From the IMG/VR virus record IMGVR_UViG_3300022660_000043: a stretch of DNA of 64,000 bases, one strand, 5' to 3'. A program made the translations under genes and the position numbers. Position 1 is the stretch's first letter. Each line of letters begins with the position of its first letter. The notes beneath the pieces were generated by a model that saw only the letters and a program-made list of their open reading frames with translations, did not search any database and was not told the DNA's origin. Positions 9,726 through 18,796 of this stretch are shown here, one piece after another. This stretch comes from a virus (lineage: Duplodnaviria; Caudoviricetes).

Positions 9726-10757
9726 TTATTTTAGAATTTCGGCCAATTCAGCCTCTAGAATATCACTATTACCGAGTTTAGCTCTGCAGCATTCTGCAAA
9801 CTTCGCACACTGGTCTACACAAAGAGAAGCAATATCGAAGTCATCAGTTTCGCTTTCTGTAGGATCTTTTATAGCAATAATTCTGGATTCTACAATATTA
9901 GTTAGCGTTGCAAGTTTATCTCTTACTTGTTGAATGCACTTATCCTTGCACTTGATAGACAAAACAGCATTCTGTTTCAAATTATCAAACTGTACTAAAT
10001 CATCTACTGAGTTAACTTCAAGTTTATAAAAATTAAAAGCATAAGGATTCTCAATAAAATCACAACTCATTTTCTCAGTATCAATAATCAGTACCCTGTG
10101 CATATACTTATTTGCATCCTCACTGAAATCCTTGCCAGTTAAATTACCGAGATTCATTACAGCTGGAGCAATAGGCATACCATTATGTAAATGACCATTA
10201 ACGCATAAGTGGCTAATCTTAGAAAACTCATCAATAGAAAAACCTGTTCTCGATATTACAGGCCCCATTTGAATACCTATAATATCATTATGAGAAAACA
10301 GAATTCTGAGCTTATCTTTAATAGGTGGAAAGTATTCAGTAATTGGCTTTCTGTTGCTTTCAACAACATAAGGTAAAAAAGCAAGTTCTACATTTTGTCC
10401 AACATAGCGGATAATAGGCTCATTAATAACATAACGAGAAAAACCACTTAAAGCCATAGTAGAACTATATTGCAGATCATTCTCTTCACTTTCATGATTG
10501 CCTACTAAAAAGTAATGAGGAATATCAGACCACTGAATATCATTCAAAGCTGTAAGCTCCTGATCAGTAAGCTGTGGATGGTCAAAAAAATCGCCTAAAC
10601 AGACTATATGCTCGCAGCCTTGCTGTTTTGCTATATCCTCGACCCAATTAAGCGATTGAAGCTGATTTTCAAGTCGTAGTGTGTATCTAGTTCCATATTT
10701 AGTAACTATTGAAGACTTTTCACTGAAGTGATTGTCTGTGTAACATAAAATTTTCAT
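9726..10757 (-). CDS. sbcD: SbcD/Mre11 (gp47-like) nuclease
   Basis: Phosphoesterase motifs TDNH, LGDFFD, GNHE, SH, GHLH. Confidence 0.9.
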   Translation of the reverse strand: MKILCYTDNHFSEKSSIVTKYGTRYTLRLENQLQSLNWVEDIAKQQGCEHIVCLGDFFDHPQLTDQELTALNDIQWSDIPHYFLVGNHESEENDLQYSSTMALSGFSRYVINEPIIRYVGQNVELAFLPYVVESNRKPITEYFPPIKDKLRILFSHNDIIGIQMGPVISRTGFSIDEFSKISHLCVNGHLHNGMPIAPAVMNLGNLTGKDFSEDANKYMHRVLIIDTEKMSCDFIENPYAFNFYKLEVNSVDDLVQFDNLKQNAVLSIKCKDKCIQQVRDKLATLTNIVESRIIAIKDPTESETDDFDIASLCVDQCAKFAECCRAKLGNSDILEAELAEILK

Positions 10758-10766
10758 ATATCTCCT

Positions 10767-10802
10767 AAAAAAGGTAACGCAGACAAAAGACCACGTTACC
10801 TT
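10767..10802 (-). terminator. Rho-independent terminator
   Basis: aaggtaacg...cgttacctt inverted repeat with minus-strand T-run. Confidence 0.7.
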
Positions 10803-10828
10803 GGTTTAATTTAACGGGTGGGATTAGA

Positions 10829-11398
10829 TTAATCGATATAGGTAGCTGCAAGATCAGCCATCTTAGTGAGAACTACAAGAGGATATTCTCTGTAAATAGT
10901 ATGAATATCTCCGGCATAATCACTCTTAGCTGAAGACTGAATGATAGCTTCTATTTGTTCGTCAGTAAAATCTACAAAGCGCTTTGCTATCATATAAGAA
11001 CCAAAACTTACATCTCCAAAAGTAGGTCTTTGATCTTTATACTTGTAGGCGGGCACAGATTCCCACATCCCGGTATTATCATTTTTAACACTCTTGAGAT
11101 ATTTCTCAAAGAGTTCAGTTTTGTACAAGTCCTTGAATAGTGCCACCTTAATTACATCTGCTTCTGTGTAACGCCCAGGAAAGTAAGCATTTACTAACTG
11201 AGCAAGTTCATAATATAGGTCTAGGGCATAATGACAAAGTCCTCCGTCATAAGCCTTAAAGGCATTGGTAGTAGCAGGCTTATTAAAATAATCCTTCTCT
11301 TCTAGGTACTTTACTAGTTCGGTAATATCAATGCCAAGCCTAGTCAAGAGCTGAGTAAATTGAAGTTTATTCTGATAAATCTGATTTTCGTCTAACAT
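10829..11398 (-). CDS. HD-domain-like protein, HD motif degenerate
   Basis: PATTNAFKAYDGGLCHYAL...ALFKDLYK...ADLAAT matches phage HD family pattern PASxxxHxxxxGGLxxHS...LLHDxxK. Confidence 0.7.
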   Translation of the reverse strand: MLDENQIYQNKLQFTQLLTRLGIDITELVKYLEEKDYFNKPATTNAFKAYDGGLCHYALDLYYELAQLVNAYFPGRYTEADVIKVALFKDLYKTELFEKYLKSVKNDNTGMWESVPAYKYKDQRPTFGDVSFGSYMIAKRFVDFTDEQIEAIIQSSAKSDYAGDIHTIYREYPLVVLTKMADLAATYID

Positions 11399-11408
11399 AA
11401 TTTCCTCC

Positions 11409-12215
11409 TCAATTAAACTTTGTTAGAAGTGTTGTTGCTAGCTTTTTAATATCTTTTTTAGCAGACTTATCTGACAGTGCGCCAATCGCATATACCCCAG
11501 GTACCAAGGTGCTCTCGCAATTTACAGTAACATCTGCTATGCCATTTGGTAACACAGAAAGATAGCGTTTTGTCCAAGACGGAATATCTGGGCTTCTGTC
11601 AAGTGCTACAACAAGAGCTTTAGTTGTAATATTTGTGTATGTGTCCAAAGAAACCTCAACAAGCTTGCCTTCCTTATCATTTTTACAACCAGTAATATTA
11701 CAACCTTGTAAATGTACAATATTAGCAGTCTCATTAATTTTCTTGGCTAGTCTCTTATTATTACCTAATTCAAAATCAGGAGTACAAAGATACACGTAAC
11801 AATATCTTTTTGCAAGATCAAGAGCATAAGAAACTGCAGTATCATTATTTCCATAAATAACTACCGGCTCAGACTTGTGTTTGCCTATTAGATCAATAGC
11901 TTTGTACACGATATTTGAATTTTTTAATGAAGATTTAATAGGTTTAGTACCGGTTGCAAAAACTACATTACAACCAAAGACGGCACCTTTGGAAGTGGTT
12001 GTTTCAACATTTACACCAAAAAGGCCGTGAGAAAAAGATAAAAATACGGCAGTAGCTTCAAGTTGCTCCACACCTTCAAGTTTATGTTTTGATGTACGAT
12101 ACCTAAAGTGTGAACTTATAATAATTGTTTTACGGCCTTCGCCTGAAAGCTGCTCTGCCAAATCAAGGCCTTCAGGTGTAGCACCTATGATGATTGTTTC
12201 GTAAATATGAGCCAT
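11409..12215 (-). CDS. Thioredoxin reductase-like protein, degenerate
   Basis: IIIGATPEG, VFATG, VVIYGNNDTA, TLVPGVYAIG; no CxxC. Confidence 0.7.
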   Translation of the reverse strand: MAHIYETIIIGATPEGLDLAEQLSGEGRKTIIISSHFRYRTSKHKLEGVEQLEATAVFLSFSHGLFGVNVETTTSKGAVFGCNVVFATGTKPIKSSLKNSNIVYKAIDLIGKHKSEPVVIYGNNDTAVSYALDLAKRYCYVYLCTPDFELGNNKRLAKKINETANIVHLQGCNITGCKNDKEGKLVEVSLDTYTNITTKALVVALDRSPDIPSWTKRYLSVLPNGIADVTVNCESTLVPGVYAIGALSDKSAKKDIKKLATTLLTKFN

Positions 12216-12246
12216 AAAATTCTCCTTTTATATTATATAATACAAC

Positions 12247-13161
12247 TTATTGAGAAGAATTCTGACATTTAATATATTCAAATAGCACTAGCTCATGGTT
12301 TTCTAAACCAGCCCAATGAGATGCTACTTGCTGTGTCTTGTTCTCTCTAGTCCATAAAGAATGATAAGGACAAAGATTTTTAGCTTCTGGCGACTGATTA
12401 GGATTTGTAGGACAAAACTCACACCAATGACAAAGAGGTGTAGGCTTAGGGGCAAAATCCTGCTCGTTAATAGCTGTCAAAAGATTTTGAAGCTTTTGTG
12501 TGCCCTCGTGCATAAAGCCTTCGGCTCCTGCGTCTTGCGTGAGATTACAAAAAGGCAGGTCATACTGACACTCTATATTATCTATTTCAACTCCATACAG
12601 CTCTTTCATTGCATGAGTATAGACTACGAACTGGAGTGGCACAGCAAGATTTTTCTTTTCTACTGGAACTGCATAGGTTTTAATATCCTGTACGATATAT
12701 TTATCAGTTCTAATATTATACAAAATACGGTCAATAAAACCATGAAAAGTAACATCTGTTCCAGGTAGAATAAACTCGAACTCTTTCTCTGTATCAACTA
12801 CCTTGAGATGCCCATTAGCCATTAAGAAATTATCCAGTCTATAAATACCGGAAGTAAGGTACTCATAAATTTTTTCTTTACAAGTGCGACCGGATTTATC
12901 TTCTTGACCAAAAGATTCTTTATATTTGTACTCGAGTTCCATAGCCTTCAAAATAAGATTATTCTTAAGAGCTATGTAGTTTATAGGCTCGCCAGCTTTA
13001 ATAGCATTTGCGATCGTTTCTTCAGTCTCATGGATAGCTGTACCAAGCTCTGTAGCAAGTCCACCAGTATCGACGAAGTGCTTATCTACATATCTTAGCT
13101 TATATCTAAAACCACATTGTGAATAAGTGTCAATTTTAGAATAAGAAAATCTTTCTCCCAT
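12247..13161 (-). CDS. PD-(D/E)xK Cas4/RecB-like exonuclease
   Basis: FSYSKI..C, GTAIH, GFIDRI, DIKT, QF..Y, C-terminal CHWCEFC..C. Confidence 0.85.
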   Translation of the reverse strand: MGERFSYSKIDTYSQCGFRYKLRYVDKHFVDTGGLATELGTAIHETEETIANAIKAGEPINYIALKNNLILKAMELEYKYKESFGQEDKSGRTCKEKIYEYLTSGIYRLDNFLMANGHLKVVDTEKEFEFILPGTDVTFHGFIDRILYNIRTDKYIVQDIKTYAVPVEKKNLAVPLQFVVYTHAMKELYGVEIDNIECQYDLPFCNLTQDAGAEGFMHEGTQKLQNLLTAINEQDFAPKPTPLCHWCEFCPTNPNQSPEAKNLCPYHSLWTRENKTQQVASHWAGLENHELVLFEYIKCQNSSQ

Positions 13162-14060
13162 TAACCCACCATCCTTAAAATAAGATACTCTAACTGTCTC
13201 TGATTAGACATGTCAAGTAATCCAGACTTTAGTTTAAGGTCAATAGATGAAAGAATATCCAATTTATGTTGAAGTACTGGTAGAGGCAAGCCGAGAGGAT
13301 AACGTTTACCATTGTTATATTGCTTAGGCGTAATACCAAGATCCTCAGCTGACATATTACTAAACTCTACTAGTAAACTAATCTTAACCTTATTAAGCGC
13401 AAGACCCACAATACCAAGTAGCTCAGCCTTAGTAGCCGAAGAATACTGTAAAAACTGTCTTAGAAGCTGAATATCTGATTTTACCAAAGCATCAGCAAGT
13501 GCAAAATTTGAAACTTCATATAAAGGTGACTCAGGAGTATGAGTTAAATAAAAGTGCACGGTGCTCTGCTCTTCTGGATCAAAAAGATTAATCTTATCTA
13601 ACTCATTTACAATTCTATAGATATTACCTTTTGTTGCTGCATAAAGTTCTTCAATCTCCTGCGCTGTGATATTAGGTCTAAGCTTTTTCATATAAGACTT
13701 TACCTGCCAAGCTTCAAGAACTGGAATATCAATAATATAATCAGCAACAACCTTAGAAAGCTTCTTATCTACTTTTTCGCAGACTACAACAGTATTTGTA
13801 AATCTAGAGTAATCAGTAGCTGCTTCATCAAAAGTCTCCGTATAAATCACTCTGAGATTATTCTCAAAGCCCATGACTAAAGATAGTGCAGAGTCTTGCT
13901 CAAAAATACTATCAGCCAGAGTTTTTTCAAGCTGCTTAATTTCACAGATAGCGTCAATATAAGTATTAGCAATAAAGTTGTTCTCTTCACATACAAAAAT
14001 AATGAAGTTATCAGGAACTTCTCTATTCTGAATGCATTGCTTAAGCTCTTGCAGGTTCAT
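13161..14060 (-). CDS. Clamp loader delta-like subunit (HolA-like)
   Basis: GNIYRIVNELDKI and IDLKLKSG patterns; adjacent to dnaX and holB-like genes. Confidence 0.65.
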   Translation of the reverse strand: MNLQELKQCIQNREVPDNFIIFVCEENNFIANTYIDAICEIKQLEKTLADSIFEQDSALSLVMGFENNLRVIYTETFDEAATDYSRFTNTVVVCEKVDKKLSKVVADYIIDIPVLEAWQVKSYMKKLRPNITAQEIEELYAATKGNIYRIVNELDKINLFDPEEQSTVHFYLTHTPESPLYEVSNFALADALVKSDIQLLRQFLQYSSATKAELLGIVGLALNKVKISLLVEFSNMSAEDLGITPKQYNNGKRYPLGLPLPVLQHKLDILSSIDLKLKSGLLDMSNQRQLEYLILRMVG

Positions 14061-14871
14061 GTGCTACCTCCCATAAATGATTAATAAAATTAAGCATGAA
14101 AGCTTCTTTGTTGATAAACTTGTTAATAATCTTTTGACGCTGTTCTATCGTATAACGATAAACTTCAAAGCTAAACTCATCTCCTGTTGCTTTAAACTTT
14201 TCAAAAGCTGAGTAGGCCAAGATCTCAAGGAATAGATTGAAATCATACTTAGTGTTTTCTTCTTTCTTAGTGCTGATCTTATTTACTACACAAAGAGCAT
14301 CTGAGTAGTCAAAAGTTCTCAATCTCGGAAACTGCTTAAGCATATTCTCGCACAGCTGTAAGATATTTACAAAAGTATCAGAATTGCCAAGATCATTTAG
14401 CTTACCAGGTGTATTACAAAATCTATAGACAAGTGGGTCTGCATTCTGAGGCGCCCAAGAAAAACACTTCAGCTCTTCCTCGGTATAAGCTTCAAAAGTA
14501 AGCTTCAAGCATCTATTAAGAATAGTAGGAAGAATTCCAACCTCTGACTCAGCACCAAGAACAACTTTCATAGTAGAAGAAGGCTCTTCAATAAACTTAA
14601 GAAATTTATTCTGGCCTTTTTCAGTTATCTGTGTCAGATCAATCCAATATAGTCTAGTAATTGGATATTGTGCATAGTCAATAAGATCCTCTGCAGTAGT
14701 CTTATCATCAACAGCTACGATATCAATACCAAGACTATTAGCAAGTTTATTAGCTATGGTAGTTTTACCGCAACCTTTTTCACCGAGTAGAAGGATAGTA
14801 CTAGGCATAGAAGAGAGTGTATAATTAGACAAAATAGATACAAGCTTTTTCTGCCCAATAATAGTATTCAT
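14041..14871 (-). CDS. holB: Clamp loader delta-prime-like AAA+ subunit
   Basis: IIGQ, GEKGCGKT, NKFLKFIEEP, ILPTILNRC. Confidence 0.75.
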   Translation of the reverse strand: MNTIIGQKKLVSILSNYTLSSMPSTILLLGEKGCGKTTIANKLANSLGIDIVAVDDKTTAEDLIDYAQYPITRLYWIDLTQITEKGQNKFLKFIEEPSSTMKVVLGAESEVGILPTILNRCLKLTFEAYTEEELKCFSWAPQNADPLVYRFCNTPGKLNDLGNSDTFVNILQLCENMLKQFPRLRTFDYSDALCVVNKISTKKEENTKYDFNLFLEILAYSAFEKFKATGDEFSFEVYRYTIEQRQKIINKFINKEAFMLNFINHLWEVAHEPARA

Positions 14872-14883
14872 AGCCTTACCTCC

Positions 14884-15897
14884 TTACTTACAAAATTTCA
14901 ACAAAAAGGCCTCAATAGTAGATTTATAAAAAGAATCATAACGAATCTCCAGCTTGACCTGAAGCAGAGTATCAATAAGATTAATCAGCCAATTATAATC
15001 ATGAATAAATCCAATTACGTTCTGAACGTTGGGCTCAAGATAAACAGGAATGTTGGTAGCATTGATATCCTTAAACATGTAGTATTTAGAAAAATCAAGA
15101 ACGAATTCAATAAATACTTCGATAAAGCTCTTAAGATCCGCACCAGAGTTGTAAAGCTGATCTGTAGTATAAAGCACTCCTGCGCTATTTTTTTCAGCAA
15201 GAGAGTAGATCAGATAGAGCATAGCATCATATGACGAAGTATTAAGTACCTGCTGAGCATTTGCAAGAATAAGATCAGTATCAAAGTCTGCACACTGCTC
15301 AAGCTTCATAATAGCATCTCTCATGCAACCATGAGTTGTCTTGCTGATAAGATCGCAAGTCTTCTCAAAATTAGTAAAGCCTTCAGCTAAGCAAATATTC
15401 ATAAGTCTTGTCTTAATTTCATCTGCACTAATTTTGGTAATATTATATCTCTGCATACGATTAAGTACGGCCTCTGGAATCTTATTAGGCTCGGTGGTGC
15501 AGAAAATATAAATAGTAAAAGGCGGTGCCTCTTCAAGACCCTTAAGATAAGCCTGCCAGCCTTGAGTAGTAATAGCATGACACTCATCAATAATGAAAAT
15601 CTTGTATTCACTATCAAGAGCCCTCTGCTTACCTGCTTCCATAATGGCTCGTACATCATCTACACCGTTATGGCTGGCTGCATCAATCTCTTCAAGAGTG
15701 CCTTTTCCTTGATTAATGGCATATCCAAAAATTCTAGCAAGGGTCGTTTTTCCGCAGCCAGAATCCCCTGCAAAAAGGTAGCAGTTCTTAAAATTACGGT
15801 TTTCAACTACTTTCTTAAGAATCTTAGTGGTAATACTCTGTCCACAAACTTCTTCAAAAGTCTTAGGACGGTACTTTACGGCTAATGTCTGTTTCAT
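14884..15897 (-). CDS. dnaX: Clamp loader gamma/tau subunit
   Basis: KYRPKTFEEVCGQ, GDSGCGKTT, EIDAAS, IIDECH, LEEAP, GCMRDA. Confidence 0.92.
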   Translation of the reverse strand: MKQTLAVKYRPKTFEEVCGQSITTKILKKVVENRNFKNCYLFAGDSGCGKTTLARIFGYAINQGKGTLEEIDAASHNGVDDVRAIMEAGKQRALDSEYKIFIIDECHAITTQGWQAYLKGLEEAPPFTIYIFCTTEPNKIPEAVLNRMQRYNITKISADEIKTRLMNICLAEGFTNFEKTCDLISKTTHGCMRDAIMKLEQCADFDTDLILANAQQVLNTSSYDAMLYLIYSLAEKNSAGVLYTTDQLYNSGADLKSFIEVFIEFVLDFSKYYMFKDINATNIPVYLEPNVQNVIGFIHDYNWLINLIDTLLQVKLEIRYDSFYKSTIEAFLLKFCK

Positions 15898-15906
15898 AAT
15901 TCCTCC

Positions 15907-16275
15907 TTACATTACTACTGTACTTAACATAGTTAATTCTTCTGTCGGAAGCCAACCAGACCACAAAACGTTAATATCCTGTCTTGTATTAGGATCAAAT
16001 CCAAGGCTATCCACATAAATCATTTTACCTAAAGACTTTGATACAAAAATCTTTAAATATGGAAAACTAGGAGCGGTACCGTTATTATAATTTGCTGCTA
16101 TTACGGAAGAACAATTATTTACAAGCGCTCCAGAAAGCTGAACAAGGTACATTTTACCCAGTTCATAATGAGGCTTGCTATATCGCGGGATACGAAAAGT
16201 GCAAGTCTCAGGATCATAATTTGTTAGATTGGCATAACTACATTTTTCTAATTGCTGTTTTATTAAATCTCTCAT
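15907..16275 (-). CDS. Hypothetical protein
   Basis: ORF with GAGG RBS and upstream promoter motif. Confidence 0.7.
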   Translation of the reverse strand: MRDLIKQQLEKCSYANLTNYDPETCTFRIPRYSKPHYELGKMYLVQLSGALVNNCSSVIAANYNNGTAPSFPYLKIFVSKSLGKMIYVDSLGFDPNTRQDINVLWSGWLPTEELTMLSTVVM

Positions 16276-16303
16276 AAAAATACCTCTCTAAATATAATAC
16301 AAT

Positions 16304-16330
16304 AAAAGGGCCAGCAATTTGGCCCCTTTA
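16304..16330 (-). terminator. Rho-independent terminator
   Basis: aaaagggcca-gcaatt-tggccccttt hairpin. Confidence 0.7.
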
Positions 16331-16336
16331 CTTATA

Positions 16337-16483
16337 TTAGAACTCAAATAAATTTTCATCCAAAGACCAGATATAATCTGTAGGTTCAGTTAACCGCATA
16401 CTAACCAAAGTATCAATATCCTGTTCAGTAGCATTATCTGGCACCTCAAACTTTTGTACAACAGCATAATAAACAGTTTTCAT
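16337..16483 (-). CDS. Small acidic hypothetical protein (48 aa)
   Basis: Hand-translated MKTVYYAVVQKFEVPDNATEQDIDTLVSMRLTEPTDYIWSLDENLFEF; ATGA overlap with the upstream gene. Confidence 0.6.
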   Translation of the reverse strand: MKTVYYAVVQKFEVPDNATEQDIDTLVSMRLTEPTDYIWSLDENLFEF

Positions 16484-16872
16484 ATAGTTTCCTCTAACTC
16501 CATTAGTTTTTCTTGTAAAAACTGAAATAAGTATTCGTCAATAATATAATGATTTTCTTCGTCAGGCCCAAAGTTAAATACTATTGCTTGATGAGGTGTT
16601 CCAGTAAGAAGGCATTCCTGTTTATTCTTTTCAAACCAATCCTTTTTAATGGAGATTGAATCTGAATGAGAAGTCTTTGTTTTACATTCTAATAAAAAAC
16701 CATTTGCCCCCTTAGTGAGCACATCCCCCTTTGCAAAGGGGGTTGCGCCACTATTAGGGGTTTGTCTTCCGCCAACAGCTTTAGCAACTGTCCTTTCTTG
16801 GCGAGAAGAAAAATGACGGGTAGGTTTAGTGTTTTCGCCTTCTTTATTTCTAGTTCTAAGTCCTGCTGCCAT
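16480..16872 (-). CDS. PD-(D/E)xK nuclease, Holliday junction resolvase-like
   Basis: QERTVAK..GG..TPNSGA...KGDV...LLECKT. Confidence 0.7.
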   Translation of the reverse strand: MAAGLRTRNKEGENTKPTRHFSSRQERTVAKAVGGRQTPNSGATPFAKGDVLTKGANGFLLECKTKTSHSDSISIKKDWFEKNKQECLLTGTPHQAIVFNFGPDEENHYIIDEYLFQFLQEKLMELEETI

Positions 16873-18041
16873 TACGCGTCTGCAATATCAGCTGCTTTTG
16901 CTTCCTCAGAAACAGCTCTTTCCTGAGCATCTATCTCTGCTGTAGCTCTAGCATCAAGAAGCGAACCATAAGAAGCATCTTCATTTGCAATAGCTCTGTT
17001 AAGCATTGCAAGATACTGGGCCTGGAAAGGAATATTAGTCTTGATATACTCAATCAAGTCATTCTTTTTACCCTTAAGCTCTCTGCCTTCTTCATCATAA
17101 AAAGGCTCACCGGTATCAAGATTTACAAGCTGATAGGTAACATTATTCAAACGAGGAATAAAATTAAATCCAATAGCAATCTCAAGAAGGTCATGTAGCC
17201 AATCCATACCAGTCGCATAACGGAAGGTCATAAAACCACCGCCACGATTACAAGGAGCAGTCTTATTCTTCATAATCTTAAACTGAAGTCTGAAACCATC
17301 AGCGCCTTCACCGTTTTGAGCTCCACAGGCATCCATATCATCACCCTTAGTAAACTTACGAGTACCGAATCTTACAGACACTGAAGAATAGAACTGAGGA
17401 GCACCACCACAAGGCTCTTTCCACTTTTGAATACCAGTAAAGGTCTTGCCATCATCGCGCACCTGATTAATACAGATAAGCATATTATTCTTTTCTGTTA
17501 CCGCAGACTGCATAATAGAAAGGAAAGGATAAAGCTTCTTTGCCATAGTACCTCTCATGCCTGCATCCTTAGTAAGATCATTTTCCAGAACAGCCTGAGG
17601 AACCATCGCAGGAAGTGAGTCTACAACAATTAGGCCAATATTATCGCCCTTCTGAATTTCTACAATCATGTCACAAATCTGCTCACCAGACAGACCAATA
17701 GGATCTACATACATCAGTCTATTAGGATCAATACCACACATTGCAATCTGGAACTTGAGGTCCAAAGAATGCTCAATATCTACATAAACACAAATCTGAT
17801 CAGGAAATCTACGTTGATAAGCAGCAAGAACTGCACAAGCTGCAGTACTTTTGCCAGAGTGCTGTAGACCAGAGAACACACAGATTCGTCCAAGAGGAAG
17901 TCCTCCAAACAAAGGATAATCCAAACCAAGAGCACCAGTTGACAATCTTTCATATGTAGGCTTGATATTTGCTAACATACCAAGTTTATCCATCTTATAC
18001 TCTTTACCAAATTTCTTAATAATTTCTTCTACACTAGCCAT
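16872..18041 (-). CDS. recA: RecA/UvsX recombinase
   Basis: STGALGLD, GGLPLGR, Walker A GLQHSGKST, VVDSL, INQVR, GG.A..FYSSV, KNKTAP. Confidence 0.92.
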   Translation of the reverse strand: MASVEEIIKKFGKEYKMDKLGMLANIKPTYERLSTGALGLDYPLFGGLPLGRICVFSGLQHSGKSTAACAVLAAYQRRFPDQICVYVDIEHSLDLKFQIAMCGIDPNRLMYVDPIGLSGEQICDMIVEIQKGDNIGLIVVDSLPAMVPQAVLENDLTKDAGMRGTMAKKLYPFLSIMQSAVTEKNNMLICINQVRDDGKTFTGIQKWKEPCGGAPQFYSSVSVRFGTRKFTKGDDMDACGAQNGEGADGFRLQFKIMKNKTAPCNRGGGFMTFRYATGMDWLHDLLEIAIGFNFIPRLNNVTYQLVNLDTGEPFYDEEGRELKGKKNDLIEYIKTNIPFQAQYLAMLNRAIANEDASYGSLLDARATAEIDAQERAVSEEAKAADIADA

Positions 18042-18055
18042 TAATAATTCCTTTC

Positions 18056-18196
18056 TTAAAATCCCCAAGTTTTTTTACGAAGTTTCTTTCGGGCAGCTTC
18101 TTGTTTTTTATGAGTTTTACGTACAGTATTTTGCATTGCTTTACGAGCTTTCTTAGCCCCTTCATTGCATTTTACTTTATGTAATGTTTGCCTCAT
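18056..18196 (-). CDS. Small very basic protein (46 aa)
   Basis: Hand-translated MRQTLHKVKCNEGAKKARKAMQNTVRKTHKKQEAARKKLRKKTWGF; AAGGAG RBS. Confidence 0.6.
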   Translation of the reverse strand: MRQTLHKVKCNEGAKKARKAMQNTVRKTHKKQEAARKKLRKKTWGF

Positions 18197-18207
18197 AAAA
18201 ATTCTCC

Positions 18208-18738
18208 TTATTCGTTTAGAGTAATTCTACCGTTTGTAGTTGGAGCAATATCATTACTTGCTCCGATATTCATAAACTTAGCTTCTTGCATACGGCTCAT
18301 AAGAATGCTCTTAAGAACATCTACCAAACGATGAATAGCATCAAGTTTAGTTTTCAAAAGGCTAGCTACCAAGGTATAAAGAGCCTCAGTGGCAGTCTCA
18401 GCAGAAGTAGCAACAGTAGCTAATTTATCTTTGACAGCCGCGCTGCCATCAGCACCATTAAAACTTACTGCAAAATGCTCTTTTTGAGTAATTTCTGCAA
18501 GCTCCGCTTTAAGAGCTGCACGTTCTTTCATTTCACTAATACCATAAGCTTTAAGCTGAAGCATTAGCAAATACTCTCTAAGCTGATCTACTGATAAGGA
18601 GTTGACTCTTGTATCAATTTGATTAACTAGCTCATCAATAGGTGCAAAGGTAGGTGCAAGAAAATCATCTGCAATATTCACCAACTCCCTATATTGGGTT
18701 TCCACAGTCGTAAGAGCAGTCTCTAATTTCTGATTCAT
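18208..18738 (-). CDS. Helical protein, possibly UvsY-like recombination mediator
   Basis: Coiled-coil character, just upstream of recA; function is inference. Confidence 0.4.
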   Translation of the reverse strand: MNQKLETALTTVETQYRELVNIADDFLAPTFAPIDELVNQIDTRVNSLSVDQLREYLLMLQLKAYGISEMKERAALKAELAEITQKEHFAVSFNGADGSAAVKDKLATVATSAETATEALYTLVASLLKTKLDAIHRLVDVLKSILMSRMQEAKFMNIGASNDIAPTTNGRITLNE

Positions 18739-18796
18739 ATATCCTCCTCAATAAAAATATCTCTATATATTATACGATTATTCCAGTATTATTTTT

